From Dickeya solani IPO 2222 (GTDB lineage Bacteria > Pseudomonadota > Gammaproteobacteria > Enterobacterales > Enterobacteriaceae), in contig NZ_CP015137.1 of NCBI RefSeq assembly GCF_001644705.1, positions 2,580,001-2,612,000 on the forward strand: DNA of 32,000 bases, written 5' to 3'. Positions 19,796-30,930 of the stretch are shown piece after piece (positions within the stretch are counted from its first letter, which is position 1; each line of letters starts with the position of its first letter). The position numbers and the translations under genes were made by a program. Under the pieces are notes generated by a model, which did no database searches, was not told the DNA's origin, and was given only the letters and a program-made list of their open reading frames with translations.

Positions 19796-21415
19796 ATGTT
19801 TCGTAAGATAAAGATCCGCACAACGCTCAGTATTATGGTGTTCTCTCTGGCGGTGCTGTCATTGATGGTGGGCGTCCTGGGGTTGGTGGCCGTCCAGTCG
19901 GGTAATAAATCGTTTGCGCATGTGGATAACGTGGTGTTGCCGGGGCTGGTGGCGCTGAATGAAAGTTCGGAATTGTTATTGCGCGCCCGCCTGGATTTAC
20001 GTTTGTACGAATCCCTGATGGGGAAAGGGGATAAGGATGCCGCCACGGTGGCGCTCAAGCGCGCCAGAGGCAAAATTGATGATGCCGGCAAGAAGTGGCA
20101 GGAGTACCTGACCTATCCGCAATTCGAACAGGAAAAGGTCATTTCTTCCGACATGGCGGCTAAACGCGACACCCTGATGAACGAGTTCATCAACCCGGCG
20201 TTTATTGCGCTGGAAGCCGGCAATCTGGATGACTATCGCCAGCGGGCGGGTAAATCCACCACGCTGTACGCCGATTTTGACGGCGCGGCGAAAAAACTGG
20301 TGCAGTACAAGCGCCAGAGCATTGACGAGGCTTACAGTGACTCAAATGCGCGCGTTAGCCGTATGCAGGTGATCCTGTCGGTGGTGATTGTGTGTGCGCT
20401 GGTGCTGGCGGCGCTGGCCTGGTTTATCCTGACCAATCTGGTGGTGAAACCGCTCAACCAGGCGATTACCGTGTTTGACCGGATTGCTGAAGGCGACCTG
20501 CGCGCCAAAATCGATATTCGCGGCAATAATGAAATCGCCCAGCTGTTTGGCGCGGTGCAACGCATGCGTGATGGGTTGGAAAATATGGTACGGGCGGTGC
20601 GCAACGGCACCGACGCTATCAGCGTCGGCGTTGAGGAGATCGCCTCCGGCAACATTGATTTGTCCAGCCGTACCGAGCAGCAGGCCGCGTCGTTGGATGA
20701 GACCGCCGCCAGTATGGAACAGATTCTGTCGACGGTGGGCAACAACGAAGACAACACCCGCAAGGCGAACGATCTGGCGAAGAAAGCGTCGGACTCAGCC
20801 TCTCGCGGCGGTAACGTGGTGACGGAAGTGGTGGATACCATGCGTTCTATCCAGCAGAGTTCGGCCCGCATTTCCGACATTGTGGGCGTGATCGACGGCA
20901 TCGCCTTTCAGACCAACCTGTTGGCGCTGAACGCGGCGGTGGAAGCCGCACGGGCGGGCGAGCAGGGCAAAGGGTTCGCGGTGGTGGCGTCCGAAGTGCG
21001 TACGCTGGCGCAGCGCAGCGCCACGGCGGCCAAAGAGATCGGCACCATGATCGATAACTCGCTGAGCCGTATAGAAAAAGGCGCCGGGCTGGTGGAAGTG
21101 GCCGGCAAAACAATGGATGAAATCCTGTCGGATGTCCGCAAAGTGGTGGATATCATGGGCGAAATCATGCTGTCTTCCGGCGAGCAGAGCCGGGGTATTT
21201 CGCAGATCAATATCGCCATCAATCAGATGGACGGAGTAACCCAGCAGAACGCCAGCCTGGTGGCGGAGGTGGCGACTGCCGCCAGCTCGCTGCAGGCGCA
21301 GGTAACACATCTGCAGCAGTCGATCGCCAGTTTCCGTCTCGACAGCGAGACGCAGCCGATGCTGACCGGCCGCCTCAATGTGCCGCCGCGCGTGGCGCTG
21401 GTCGGCGTGCAGTAA
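19796..21415 (+). CDS. Methyl-accepting chemotaxis protein (four-helix-bundle periplasmic sensor, HAMP, MA signalling domain)
   Basis: There are two TM segments (residues about 10-33 and 190-212). A HAMP region follows, then the highly conserved signalling hairpin IAFQTNLLALNAAVEAARAGEQGKGFAVVASEVRTLAQRSA. Confidence 0.9.
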   Translation: MFRKIKIRTTLSIMVFSLAVLSLMVGVLGLVAVQSGNKSFAHVDNVVLPGLVALNESSELLLRARLDLRLYESLMGKGDKDAATVALKRARGKIDDAGKKWQEYLTYPQFEQEKVISSDMAAKRDTLMNEFINPAFIALEAGNLDDYRQRAGKSTTLYADFDGAAKKLVQYKRQSIDEAYSDSNARVSRMQVILSVVIVCALVLAALAWFILTNLVVKPLNQAITVFDRIAEGDLRAKIDIRGNNEIAQLFGAVQRMRDGLENMVRAVRNGTDAISVGVEEIASGNIDLSSRTEQQAASLDETAASMEQILSTVGNNEDNTRKANDLAKKASDSASRGGNVVTEVVDTMRSIQQSSARISDIVGVIDGIAFQTNLLALNAAVEAARAGEQGKGFAVVASEVRTLAQRSATAAKEIGTMIDNSLSRIEKGAGLVEVAGKTMDEILSDVRKVVDIMGEIMLSSGEQSRGISQINIAINQMDGVTQQNASLVAEVATAASSLQAQVTHLQQSIASFRLDSETQPMLTGRLNVPPRVALVGVQ

Positions 21416-21448
21416 CCCGCGCTGGCGTTGCATTACCAGCAGTACAAT

Positions 21449-21487
21449 AAAAAGCCCCGCGATGAAAAGCGGGGCTTTTATTTTTTG
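21449..21487. terminator. Bidirectional rho-independent terminator shared by the MCP gene and valS
   Basis: AAAAAGCCCCGC-GATGAAAA-GCGGGGCTTTTATTTTTT has A-runs and T-runs on both sides of an 8-bp GC stem. Confidence 0.7.
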
Positions 21488-21555
21488 TATTTTTCAGACT
21501 AACGTTGCATCAATCAAGGCCGACGCAGCGTTTACTGCGTCAGCCAGTGGCCTGA

Positions 21556-24414
21556 TTACAGCGCGGCGATGGTAGCCTGTTGTTCCAGCAGTTTGGTTTT
21601 GGCGACGGCGTAACCATCACGTTTTTCGCGCTCTTTGGCGACGACCGCTTCCGGCGCGCGCGCGACAAAACCCTCGTTGGACAGCTTGCTATCGATGCGG
21701 CTGATTTCCAGTTCGAGCTTCGCCACTTCTTTTGCCAGACGATCCAGTTCGGCCACTTTATCGATCAGCCCGGCCATCGGGATCAGCAGCTCAGCGCCAT
21801 CCACCAGTTTGGTGACGGATACCGGGCCTTTGTCGCCAGCCGGCAACAGCGTGATGCTCTCCAGACGCGCCAGCGTCTGAATAAAGCCGAGGTTGTCCTG
21901 AACACGGCGGGTGGCATCGGCGGACGCATCGCGCAGCAGCAGCGTCAGCGGCTTGCTGGGTGCGATGTTCATTTCGGCGCGGATGTTGCGCACCGCGACG
22001 ATCGCCTGTTTGATCCACTCCAGATCGTTGAACGCCTGCTCGTCTTCCAGCGTGGCGTCAAAGGCCGGGAACGGCTGCAACATAATGGTGTCGTCAGTCA
22101 CGCCTTTCAGCACTTTCACTCGCTGCCAGATGGTTTCGGTAATGAACGGAATGATCGGGTGCGCCAGACGCAGCAGCGCTTCCAGCACGGTGACCAGCGT
22201 ATGGCGAGTGCCGCGCAGTTCCGCGTCGCTGCCGCCGGTCATCACCGGTTTAGTCAGTTCCAGATACCAGTCGCAGAACTGGTTCCAGGTGAACTCATAC
22301 AGCACGTTGGCGGCCAGATCGAAGCGGTAACCGTCCAGCGCTTCGCGGTAGGTTTTTATCGTGCGGTTGAATTCCGCCAGAATCCAGCGGTCGGCCAACG
22401 ACAGCACTTTTTCCCCGCCGGCAGTAAAGCCGCAGTCTTGATCTTCGGTATTCATCAGCACGAAGCGGCTGGCGTTCCACAACTTGTTGCAGAAGTTGCG
22501 GTAACCTTCCAGGCGTTTCATGTCCCAGTTGATGTCACGGCCGGTAGAAGCCAGCGCCGCCAGCGTAAAGCGCAGCGCGTCGGTACCGTGCGGTTCGATG
22601 CCGTTCGGGAACTGTTTTTCGGTACGCTTGCGGATTTTTTCCGCCAGTTGCGGCTGCATCATGTTGCCGGTGCGTTTTTCCAGCAGCGCTTCCAGCGAAA
22701 TACCGTCCACCATATCCAGCGGGTCAATCACGTTGCCCTTGGATTTGGACATCTTCTGACCTTCCTCATCGCGGATCAGGCCGGTCATGTACACGGTATG
22801 GAACGGCACCTGCGGCTTGCCGTCTTCATCCTTGATGAAGTGCATGGTCAGCATGATCATGCGGGCAATCCAGAAGAAGATGATGTCGAAGCCGCTGACC
22901 ATCACGCTGCTCGGATGGAAGGCTTTCAGCTCCGGCGTCTGCTCCGGCCAACCCAGGGTGGAGAAGGTCCACAGCCCAGAGGAGAACCAGGTGTCCAGCA
23001 CGTCTTCGTCCTGACGCAACGCTACATCGGCGCTCAGGTTGTTGTCGCGGCGCACTTCGGCTTCATCGCGGCCGACATACACCTTGCCGTTGTCGTCGTA
23101 CCACGCCGGAATACGGTGGCCCCACCACAGCTGACGGGAGATACACCAGTCCTGAATGTCGCGCATCCAGCTGAAGTACATGTTTTCGTACTGTCTTGGT
23201 ACGAACTGGATGCGGCCGTCTTCCACCGCTTCGACGGCTGGCTTGGCCAGCACGCCGGCACGGACGTACCACTGGTCGGTCAGCATCGGCTCGATGACTA
23301 CGCCGCCGCGGTCGCCGTAGGGTACGGTCAGGTCGTGCGCTTTGATTTCTTCCAGCAGGCCCAGTTCGTCAAAGGCGGCTACCACCGCTTTACGGGCGGC
23401 AAAACGTTCCAGCCCGCGGAAAGCGTCCGGAATGTCGCTGTTGTAGGCGGTACTGGCTTCACCGTTGGTGCTGAAGACTTCCGCTTCCTGACGGATATCG
23501 CCGTCGAAGGTCAGAATGTTGATCATCGGTAACTGATGACGCTTGCCGACTTCGTAGTCGTTGAAGTCGTGCGCCGGGGTGATCTTCACGCAGCCGGTGC
23601 CTTTTTCCATATCGGCGTGTTCGTCGCCGACGATCGGAATGCGGCGGCCGACCAGCGGCAGGATCAGGAATTTGCCGATCAGATCCTTGTAGCGCGGATC
23701 TTCCGGATTCACCGCCACGCCGGTATCGCCCAGCACAGTTTCCGGACGGGTGGTCGCCACCACCAGATAATCGTTGCCGTCGGCGGTTTTAGCGCCGTCC
23801 GCCAGCGGGTAACGCAGGTGCCACATTGAACCTTTGACGTCGCGATTTTCCACTTCCAGATCGGAAATGGCGGTGCGCAGTTTCGGATCCCAGTTCACCA
23901 GGCGTTTGCCGCGGTAGATCAGGTCTTCTTTATACAGACGAACGAACACTTCTTTAACCGCGTTGGACAAGCCGTCGTCCATGGTGAAGCGCTCGCGATC
24001 CCAGTCTACCGAGTTGCCCAGCCGGCGCATCTGACGGGTGATAGTACCGCCGGATTCCTCCTTCCACTGCCAGATTTTATCGATGAACGCTTCTCGGCCG
24101 TAATCGTGACGGGTTTTACCCTCTTCGGCGGCGATCTTGCGCTCCACTACCATCTGGGTGGCGATACCGGCGTGGTCGGTCCCGGCCTGCCACAGGGTGT
24201 TTTTACCCTGCATACGCTGGTAGCGGATCATCGTGTCCATAATGGTTTGCTGGAAAGCATGACCCATGTGCAGGCTGCCGGTGACGTTGGGCGGCGGGAT
24301 CATGATGCTGAAGCTTTCCTGGCTGGTGTCGCCGTTGGGCTTGAAGTAGCCTTGTTTTTCCCAGTGCTCGTACAGCGGCTGCTCAATGTCGTGCGGGTTG
24401 TATGTCTTTTCCAT
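21556..24414 (-). CDS. valS: Valine--tRNA ligase
   Basis: The protein is colinear with E. coli ValS, with the HIGH-type motif [13 protein letters not shown] and KMSKS. The start at ATG 24414 (MEKTYNP) matches E. coli. The track start at 24423 is a TTG three codons upstream. Confidence 0.97.
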   Translation of the reverse strand: MEKTYNPHDIEQPLYEHWEKQGYFKPNGDTSQESFSIMIPPPNVTGSLHMGHAFQQTIMDTMIRYQRMQGKNTLWQAGTDHAGIATQMVVERKIAAEEGKTRHDYGREAFIDKIWQWKEESGGTITRQMRRLGNSVDWDRERFTMDDGLSNAVKEVFVRLYKEDLIYRGKRLVNWDPKLRTAISDLEVENRDVKGSMWHLRYPLADGAKTADGNDYLVVATTRPETVLGDTGVAVNPEDPRYKDLIGKFLILPLVGRRIPIVGDEHADMEKGTGCVKITPAHDFNDYEVGKRHQLPMINILTFDGDIRQEAEVFSTNGEASTAYNSDIPDAFRGLERFAARKAVVAAFDELGLLEEIKAHDLTVPYGDRGGVVIEPMLTDQWYVRAGVLAKPAVEAVEDGRIQFVPRQYENMYFSWMRDIQDWCISRQLWWGHRIPAWYDDNGKVYVGRDEAEVRRDNNLSADVALRQDEDVLDTWFSSGLWTFSTLGWPEQTPELKAFHPSSVMVSGFDIIFFWIARMIMLTMHFIKDEDGKPQVPFHTVYMTGLIRDEEGQKMSKSKGNVIDPLDMVDGISLEALLEKRTGNMMQPQLAEKIRKRTEKQFPNGIEPHGTDALRFTLAALASTGRDINWDMKRLEGYRNFCNKLWNASRFVLMNTEDQDCGFTAGGEKVLSLADRWILAEFNRTIKTYREALDGYRFDLAANVLYEFTWNQFCDWYLELTKPVMTGGSDAELRGTRHTLVTVLEALLRLAHPIIPFITETIWQRVKVLKGVTDDTIMLQPFPAFDATLEDEQAFNDLEWIKQAIVAVRNIRAEMNIAPSKPLTLLLRDASADATRRVQDNLGFIQTLARLESITLLPAGDKGPVSVTKLVDGAELLIPMAGLIDKVAELDRLAKEVAKLELEISRIDSKLSNEGFVARAPEAVVAKEREKRDGYAVAKTKLLEQQATIAAL

Positions 24415-24427
24415 TATGCTCAAAAAG

Positions 24428-24877
24428 TCAGTGAGTTGGCGGCGTCGCCGTGGTCAATTGGAAGCCGACGCTGCGATAGGCCTTGTAGCGGTCGCGCGCC
24501 AACTGTTTCAGAGATTCTTCGTAAGGAACGAAGTCTATCACTTCATGGAAAGCGGTGGCAAAATCTGCGAACTGCGGCTGTAGGCTAATCAACAGGTCGC
24601 GCGGCGCGTTGCCGCGCTTCTGCGGCCATGCCAGCTCCACCGGCGCGCCTTGCCGCGGCCCTTCTCCCGCCAGATTATGCGGCACGAATTCGTGAGGTTC
24701 GCGTTGCCACAGCGCCTCGTCCAGCCTTAATGCCTGCTGCTCGTCCTCGCAGGCGATCAGTACCCGCTGACCGGCGCGCCAGCGCGCCGCCGCCAAATCG
24801 CAGGCCAGCGCTTCGCAGGCGTTCAGTTCGCCGCTGAGGCGATCGTGATCAATAAGATAGAAGGTCGCGTTTTTCAT
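24428..24877 (-). CDS. holC: DNA polymerase III chi subunit
   Basis: [12 protein letters not shown]..., [20 protein letters not shown] and [11 protein letters not shown] are colinear with E. coli HolC. The start at ATG 24877 is preceded by GGAG. The gene lies 13 nt upstream of valS, as in E. coli. Confidence 0.93.
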   Translation of the reverse strand: MKNATFYLIDHDRLSGELNACEALACDLAAARWRAGQRVLIACEDEQQALRLDEALWQREPHEFVPHNLAGEGPRQGAPVELAWPQKRGNAPRDLLISLQPQFADFATAFHEVIDFVPYEESLKQLARDRYKAYRSVGFQLTTATPPTH

Positions 24878-24910
24878 GGTGCTCCGCATACCGATGAGGG
24901 CTACAGACAG

Positions 24911-24938
24911 AATAACAAATCCCCGCAAGCGCGGGGAT
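24911..24938 (-). terminator. Rho-independent terminator after pepA
   Basis: The minus strand reads ATCCCCGC-GCTT-GCGGGGAT followed by TTGTTATT. Confidence 0.55.
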
Positions 24939-24991
24939 CAAGCCGGAAGGGGATGAATGCGCCACCGGCCGGCGGTGGCGGTTGCCGATGG

Positions 24992-26683
<1,692 letters not shown>

Positions 26684-26783
26684 TTAGCTACGAAGGTTGC
26701 CACAAATGAGTGTAAATGGCGAGTTAGCGAAAAAACTATCGACTTTCCTGCAAAAATACAAGTTTTCACAGGCGTAATTAAGC

Positions 26784-27902
26784 GTGATCATCATTCGATA
26801 TCTGGTACGGGAAACCTTTAAGAGCCAGGTGGCCATTCTGTTTATCCTGTTGCTGATTTTTTTCTGTCAGAAACTGGTGCGGATACTGGGCGCTGCCGTG
26901 GACGGCGACATCCCAACGAATCTGGTTTTGTCCCTGCTGGGGCTGGGCGTGCCCGCGATGGCGCAGCTGATTCTGCCGTTGAGTCTATTCCTCGGGCTGC
27001 TGATGACCTTCGGGCGGCTCTACGCTGAAAGCGAAATCACCGTAATGCATGCCTGCGGGCTGAGCAAAGGCGTGTTGCTCAAGGCCGCGCTGTTGCTGTC
27101 GCTGTTGACGGCGTCGTTCGCCGCCGCGAACGTGCTGTGGCTGAGCCCCTGGTCGTCGCGCCATCAGGACGAAGTGCTGGCGGAGGCGCGCGCCAACCCA
27201 GGTATGGCGTCGCTGGCGGAAGGGCAGTTCCAGCAGACGCAGGACGGCAACTCGGTGCTGTTCGTTGGCAAGGTGAACGGCGGCGACTTTGAGCGGGTCT
27301 TTCTGGCGCAGTTGCATCCGCGTGAGAACACCCGGCCGTCGGTGGTCGTGGCCGATCGCGGTACGGTCGCGGCGCGCGGCGACGGCTCCCAAGTGGTGAC
27401 GCTCAATAAAGGCACCCGTTACGAAGGGACGGCGATGCTGCGTGATTTCCGTATTACCGATTTTATCAATTATCAGGCCATCGTCGGTTATCAGCCGGTC
27501 GCGGTTGACCCGAGCAATGTCGAACAGATGAGTCTGAAGACGTTGTGGCATTCTTCTGATATTGCCGCCAGAGCCGAGTTCCATTGGCGGTTGACGCTGA
27601 TTCTGTCGGTGCTGGTGATGGCGGTGATGGTGGTGCCGCTGAGTGCGGTCAACCCGCGTCAGGGCCGGGTGCTGAGTATGTTGCCTGCGATGCTGCTGTA
27701 TCTGGTGTTCTTCCTGCTGCAAAGCTCGCTGCGCTCGAACGCCAGCAAGGGCAAGCTCGACCCGATGGTGTGGATGTGGCTGACCAATCTGGCCTATCTT
27801 GCGCTGGCCATCATCCTGAACCTGTGGGACAGCGTGCCGGCGCGCAAGATGCGCGCCAGCCTGAAATCGGGTAATCGCCAGAAAATAAAAGGAGCGGCCT
27901 AA
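26784..27902 (+). CDS. lptF: LPS export ABC transporter permease LptF
   Basis: It has a GTG start. MIIIRYLVRETFKSQVAILFILLLIFFCQKLVRILGAAVDGDIP is nearly identical to E. coli LptF. It is divergent from pepA, as in E. coli. Confidence 0.93.
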   Translation: MIIIRYLVRETFKSQVAILFILLLIFFCQKLVRILGAAVDGDIPTNLVLSLLGLGVPAMAQLILPLSLFLGLLMTFGRLYAESEITVMHACGLSKGVLLKAALLLSLLTASFAAANVLWLSPWSSRHQDEVLAEARANPGMASLAEGQFQQTQDGNSVLFVGKVNGGDFERVFLAQLHPRENTRPSVVVADRGTVAARGDGSQVVTLNKGTRYEGTAMLRDFRITDFINYQAIVGYQPVAVDPSNVEQMSLKTLWHSSDIAARAEFHWRLTLILSVLVMAVMVVPLSAVNPRQGRVLSMLPAMLLYLVFFLLQSSLRSNASKGKLDPMVWMWLTNLAYLALAIILNLWDSVPARKMRASLKSGNRQKIKGAA

Positions 27903-27903
27903 G

Positions 27904-28974
27904 ATGTTTCGCGTACTGGACCGCTATATCGGTAAAACCATTTTCAACACCATCATGATGACGCTGTTCATGTTGGTGTCGCTGTCCGGCATCATCAAGT
28001 TTGTCGATCAACTGCGCAAAGTGGGGCAAGGCAGCTATTCGGTGGCGGGCGCTGGGGTGTATACCCTGCTCAGCGTGCCGAAAGACATTGAGATCTTCTT
28101 CCCGATGGCCGCGCTGCTGGGCGCGCTACTTGGGCTCGGAACGCTGGCCACCCGCAGCGAGCTGGTGGTAATGCAGGCTTCCGGTTTTACCCGGCTGCAG
28201 ATCGCCGGCTCGGTGATGAAAACCGCCATTCCGCTGGTGCTGCTGACCATGGCGATTGGCGAATGGATGGCACCGGCGGGCGAGCAGATGGCTCGCAACT
28301 ACCGTTCTCAGATGATGTACGGCGGTTCGATGTTGTCGACCCAAAGCGGGATGTGGGCCAAAGACGGCAACGACTTTGTCTACATTCAGCGGGTGGCGGG
28401 AGAAAATGAACTGGTTGGCGTCAACATTTATCACTTCGACAAACAAAGCAAGCTGTTGTCGGTTCGTTACGCCGCGTCGGCTGTGTATGAGAATGGCGCC
28501 TGGAAATTGTCTCAGGTTGAAGAGTCCGACCTGCGCGACAGCAAGCAGATTGGCGGCAGCCAGACGGTAAGCGGCGAATGGAAAACCAACCTGACGCCGG
28601 ACAAACTCGGCGTGGTGGCGCTGGAGCCGGATGCGCTGTCGATCCGCGGTTTGTATGACTACATCAACTACCTGCGCCAGAGCGGCCAGGAAGCCAACCG
28701 TTACCTGCTCAACATGTGGAGCAAGTTATTCGCGCCGCTGTCCGTGGCCGTAATGATGCTGATGGCGCTGTCGTTCATCTTCGGCCCGCTACGCAGCGTA
28801 TCGGCGGGTATGCGAATCGTGATCGGCATTAGCTTCGGTTTTCTGTTTTACGTGTTGGATCAGATCTTCGGTCCGCTCAGTATGGTGTACCACATTCCGC
28901 CGATGCTGGGCGCCCTGTTGCCGAGCGCGTTGTTCCTGTTTATCAGCATCATGCTGCTACTGAAACGGCGCTGA
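27904..28974 (+). CDS. lptG: LPS export ABC transporter permease LptG
   Basis: VLDRYIGKTIFNTIMMTLFMLVSLSGIIKFVDQLRKVGQGSY is colinear with E. coli LptG. The start lies 1 nt after the lptF stop. Confidence 0.93.
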   Translation: MFRVLDRYIGKTIFNTIMMTLFMLVSLSGIIKFVDQLRKVGQGSYSVAGAGVYTLLSVPKDIEIFFPMAALLGALLGLGTLATRSELVVMQASGFTRLQIAGSVMKTAIPLVLLTMAIGEWMAPAGEQMARNYRSQMMYGGSMLSTQSGMWAKDGNDFVYIQRVAGENELVGVNIYHFDKQSKLLSVRYAASAVYENGAWKLSQVEESDLRDSKQIGGSQTVSGEWKTNLTPDKLGVVALEPDALSIRGLYDYINYLRQSGQEANRYLLNMWSKLFAPLSVAVMMLMALSFIFGPLRSVSAGMRIVIGISFGFLFYVLDQIFGPLSMVYHIPPMLGALLPSALFLFISIMLLLKRR

Positions 28975-28989
28975 TTCAGCTTTTCCACT

Positions 28990-29021
28990 AAACGGGTGGG
29001 CTGCGGCTCACCCGTTTTTTT
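28990..29021 (+). terminator. Rho-independent terminator after lptG
   Basis: AAACGGGTG-loop-CACCCGTTT is followed by TTTT. Confidence 0.7.
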
Positions 29022-29219
29022 ATCAGCGCTAAACCGCCGCTTTGAACGATGGCGATGACTTGTCTTCCATCATCGTCGGCGTGTTTTTTGATGGGGTGTC
29101 ATTGCTTGCTGGCGTGTGGGACACACCGAAAAAGTGCCGCGATGGCAACGCATGAAAACGACGAAACCTCGACAACGGCGATTTTTTCAGCGCTCGCAAC
29201 GCCATACGACGGATTGGGG

Positions 29220-29247
29220 TTGCACCGGGCCCGCACCACTGTATAAT
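29220..29247 (+). promoter_or_regulatory. Candidate sigma70 promoter of leuX
   Basis: TTGCAC (29220-29225), a 16-nt spacer and a perfect TATAAT (29242-29247) lie 31 nt upstream of the mature tRNA 5' end. Confidence 0.45.
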
Positions 29248-29278
29248 CCACCACGTTTTCCGCAAAGTACTACTTCGT

Positions 29279-29363
29279 GCCGAAGTGGCGAAATCGGTAG
29301 ACGCAGTTGATTCAAAATCAACCGTAGAAATACGTGCCGGTTCGAGTCCGGCCTTCGGCACCA
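29279..29363 (+). tRNA. leuX: tRNA-Leu (anticodon CAA)
   Basis: The 85-nt sequence GCCGAAGTGGCGAAATCGGTAGACGCAGTTGATTCAAAATCAACCGTAGAAATACGTGCCGGTTCGAGTCCGGCCTTCGGCACCA matches E. coli leuX as I recall it. It has a long variable arm, the anticodon loop TTCAAAA and an encoded CCA. Confidence 0.95.
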
Positions 29364-29377
29364 AAATTCAAAAATCA

Positions 29378-29401
29378 AGCCACCTTCGGGTGGCTTTTTT
29401 T
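29378..29401 (+). terminator. Rho-independent terminator after leuX
   Basis: AAGCCACC-TTCG-GGTGGCTT is followed by TTTTT. Confidence 0.65.
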
Positions 29402-29582
29402 GTGTCCGCTATCGTCCGCTGACTTCCATAAATAATTGTTAAATAACGATTTAATCTGATTTTATTGTCTGGGTAGATTGTGCGTTTTTTCCACAGTGGT
29501 CTTTTTACATCCGTTGACATCCAGATTATTTGGGGGTCAAGATAAGGGTCAATTCGCTTCGATTATGAGTTGACCCCCAATT

Positions 29583-30839
29583 ATGGCCCTGACTGACGTT
29601 GTTGCCCGTACCGCTAAGCCCCGCGAGAAAGCCTATAAGCTCGCGGATGCACATGGCCTGTACCTTTTGGTGAGCCCTAACGGTTCTAAGCGCTGGTATC
29701 TCAAATATCGCTTTGAAGGTAAGGAAAGCCGGATTGCATTCGGTGCCTATCCGCTAGTCTCGCTGGCGAAGGCCAGAGAGAAGCGTGATGAGATACGATT
29801 GCTGCTGTTGGAGGGCATCCACCCAACGGAAAAGCGCGAAGAAGAAAAAGAGCAGGCGCAAGAGGCGTTGAATACTTTTGCCAAGGTCGCGCAGGACTGG
29901 CACCGAAACATTAGCCAAAACCGCTGGTCAGAAACGCATGCAGGACGGGTATGGCGCGATATGGAACGAAATTTACTACCTGCTATCGGGCATCGCCATA
30001 TTGCCGACCTGAAAACCAAAGACCTGCTGGAGCCGCTGAAAGTCGTCGAACAAAACGGCCATCTTGATTTAGCGTCACGACTGCGCCAGCGCGTCACCGA
30101 TATTATGCGTTACGCGGTGCAGAATGACCTGATAGAGCGCAACCCCGCGCAAGACCTCTCCGGCGCGATAGCCGCGCCAAAAGCTACCCATCGGCCAGCC
30201 CTGAAGCTGAATAAACTGCCGGATTTTCTGGCACGGATAGAACGCCACAAAGGGCGAGCGTTAACCAAACTGGCCTTAAAACTCACGCTGTGCGTTTTTA
30301 TCCGCTCCAGTGAGCTACGTTTTACCCGCTGGCCGGAAATCGATTTTAAACGTGCCATGTGGACGATACCGGCTGAACGTGAAGCCATTCCCGACGTGAA
30401 GCATTCGCAGCGCGGCGCAAAGATGCGCTCTGAACATCTGGTGCCGTTATCCCGACAGGCTTTAGCGCTGCTGGAAGAGATTAAGGCCATCAGCGGTGCT
30501 CATGAGCTGATTTTCCCCGGCGATCGTCGGCCAACTAAACCGATGAGTGAAAACACCGTCAACAACGCATTACGAACCATGGGCTATGACACCACTACCG
30601 AAGTGTGCGGACACGGCTTCCGCACCATGGCCTGTAGCGCACTGGTGGAGTCCGGCCAGTGGTCGCGGGATGCGGTAGAGCGCCAGATGAGTCATCAGGA
30701 ACGTAATGGCGTTCGTGCTGCCTACATCCACAAAGCGGAGCATCTGGATGAGCGTAGGCTAATGCTGCAATGGTGGGCGGATTATCTGGATGCGAACAGG
30801 GAAGCGTATGTGGTGGCGTATGAGTATAACCCCATTTGA
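29583..30839 (+). CDS. int: P4-like (IntB/IntS/CP4-57 type) tyrosine recombinase/integrase
   Basis: The N-terminal DUF4102-type arm-binding region is LTDVVARTAKPREKAYKLADAHGLYLLVSPNGSKRWYLKYRF. The C-terminal catalytic residues lie in IRSSELRFTRW (R), HGFRTM (H-x-x-R) and RAAYIH (Y). Confidence 0.92.
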   Translation: MALTDVVARTAKPREKAYKLADAHGLYLLVSPNGSKRWYLKYRFEGKESRIAFGAYPLVSLAKAREKRDEIRLLLLEGIHPTEKREEEKEQAQEALNTFAKVAQDWHRNISQNRWSETHAGRVWRDMERNLLPAIGHRHIADLKTKDLLEPLKVVEQNGHLDLASRLRQRVTDIMRYAVQNDLIERNPAQDLSGAIAAPKATHRPALKLNKLPDFLARIERHKGRALTKLALKLTLCVFIRSSELRFTRWPEIDFKRAMWTIPAEREAIPDVKHSQRGAKMRSEHLVPLSRQALALLEEIKAISGAHELIFPGDRRPTKPMSENTVNNALRTMGYDTTTEVCGHGFRTMACSALVESGQWSRDAVERQMSHQERNGVRAAYIHKAEHLDERRLMLQWWADYLDANREAYVVAYEYNPI

Positions 30840-30930
30840 TTGTGTTACCTATCGGGAGGTCTATCATTCCTTGCTGTAGATTAGAATAGAATAATGATAA
30901 ACTGTAAAAAATAATGCATCATGTAACTAT

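Noticed and set aside
29029-29378. ORFs of 60-111 aa on both strands overlap the leuX gene and its upstream region.
   Set aside because: They overlap a canonical tRNA and its promoter, have no RBS or motifs, and are typical spurious frames.
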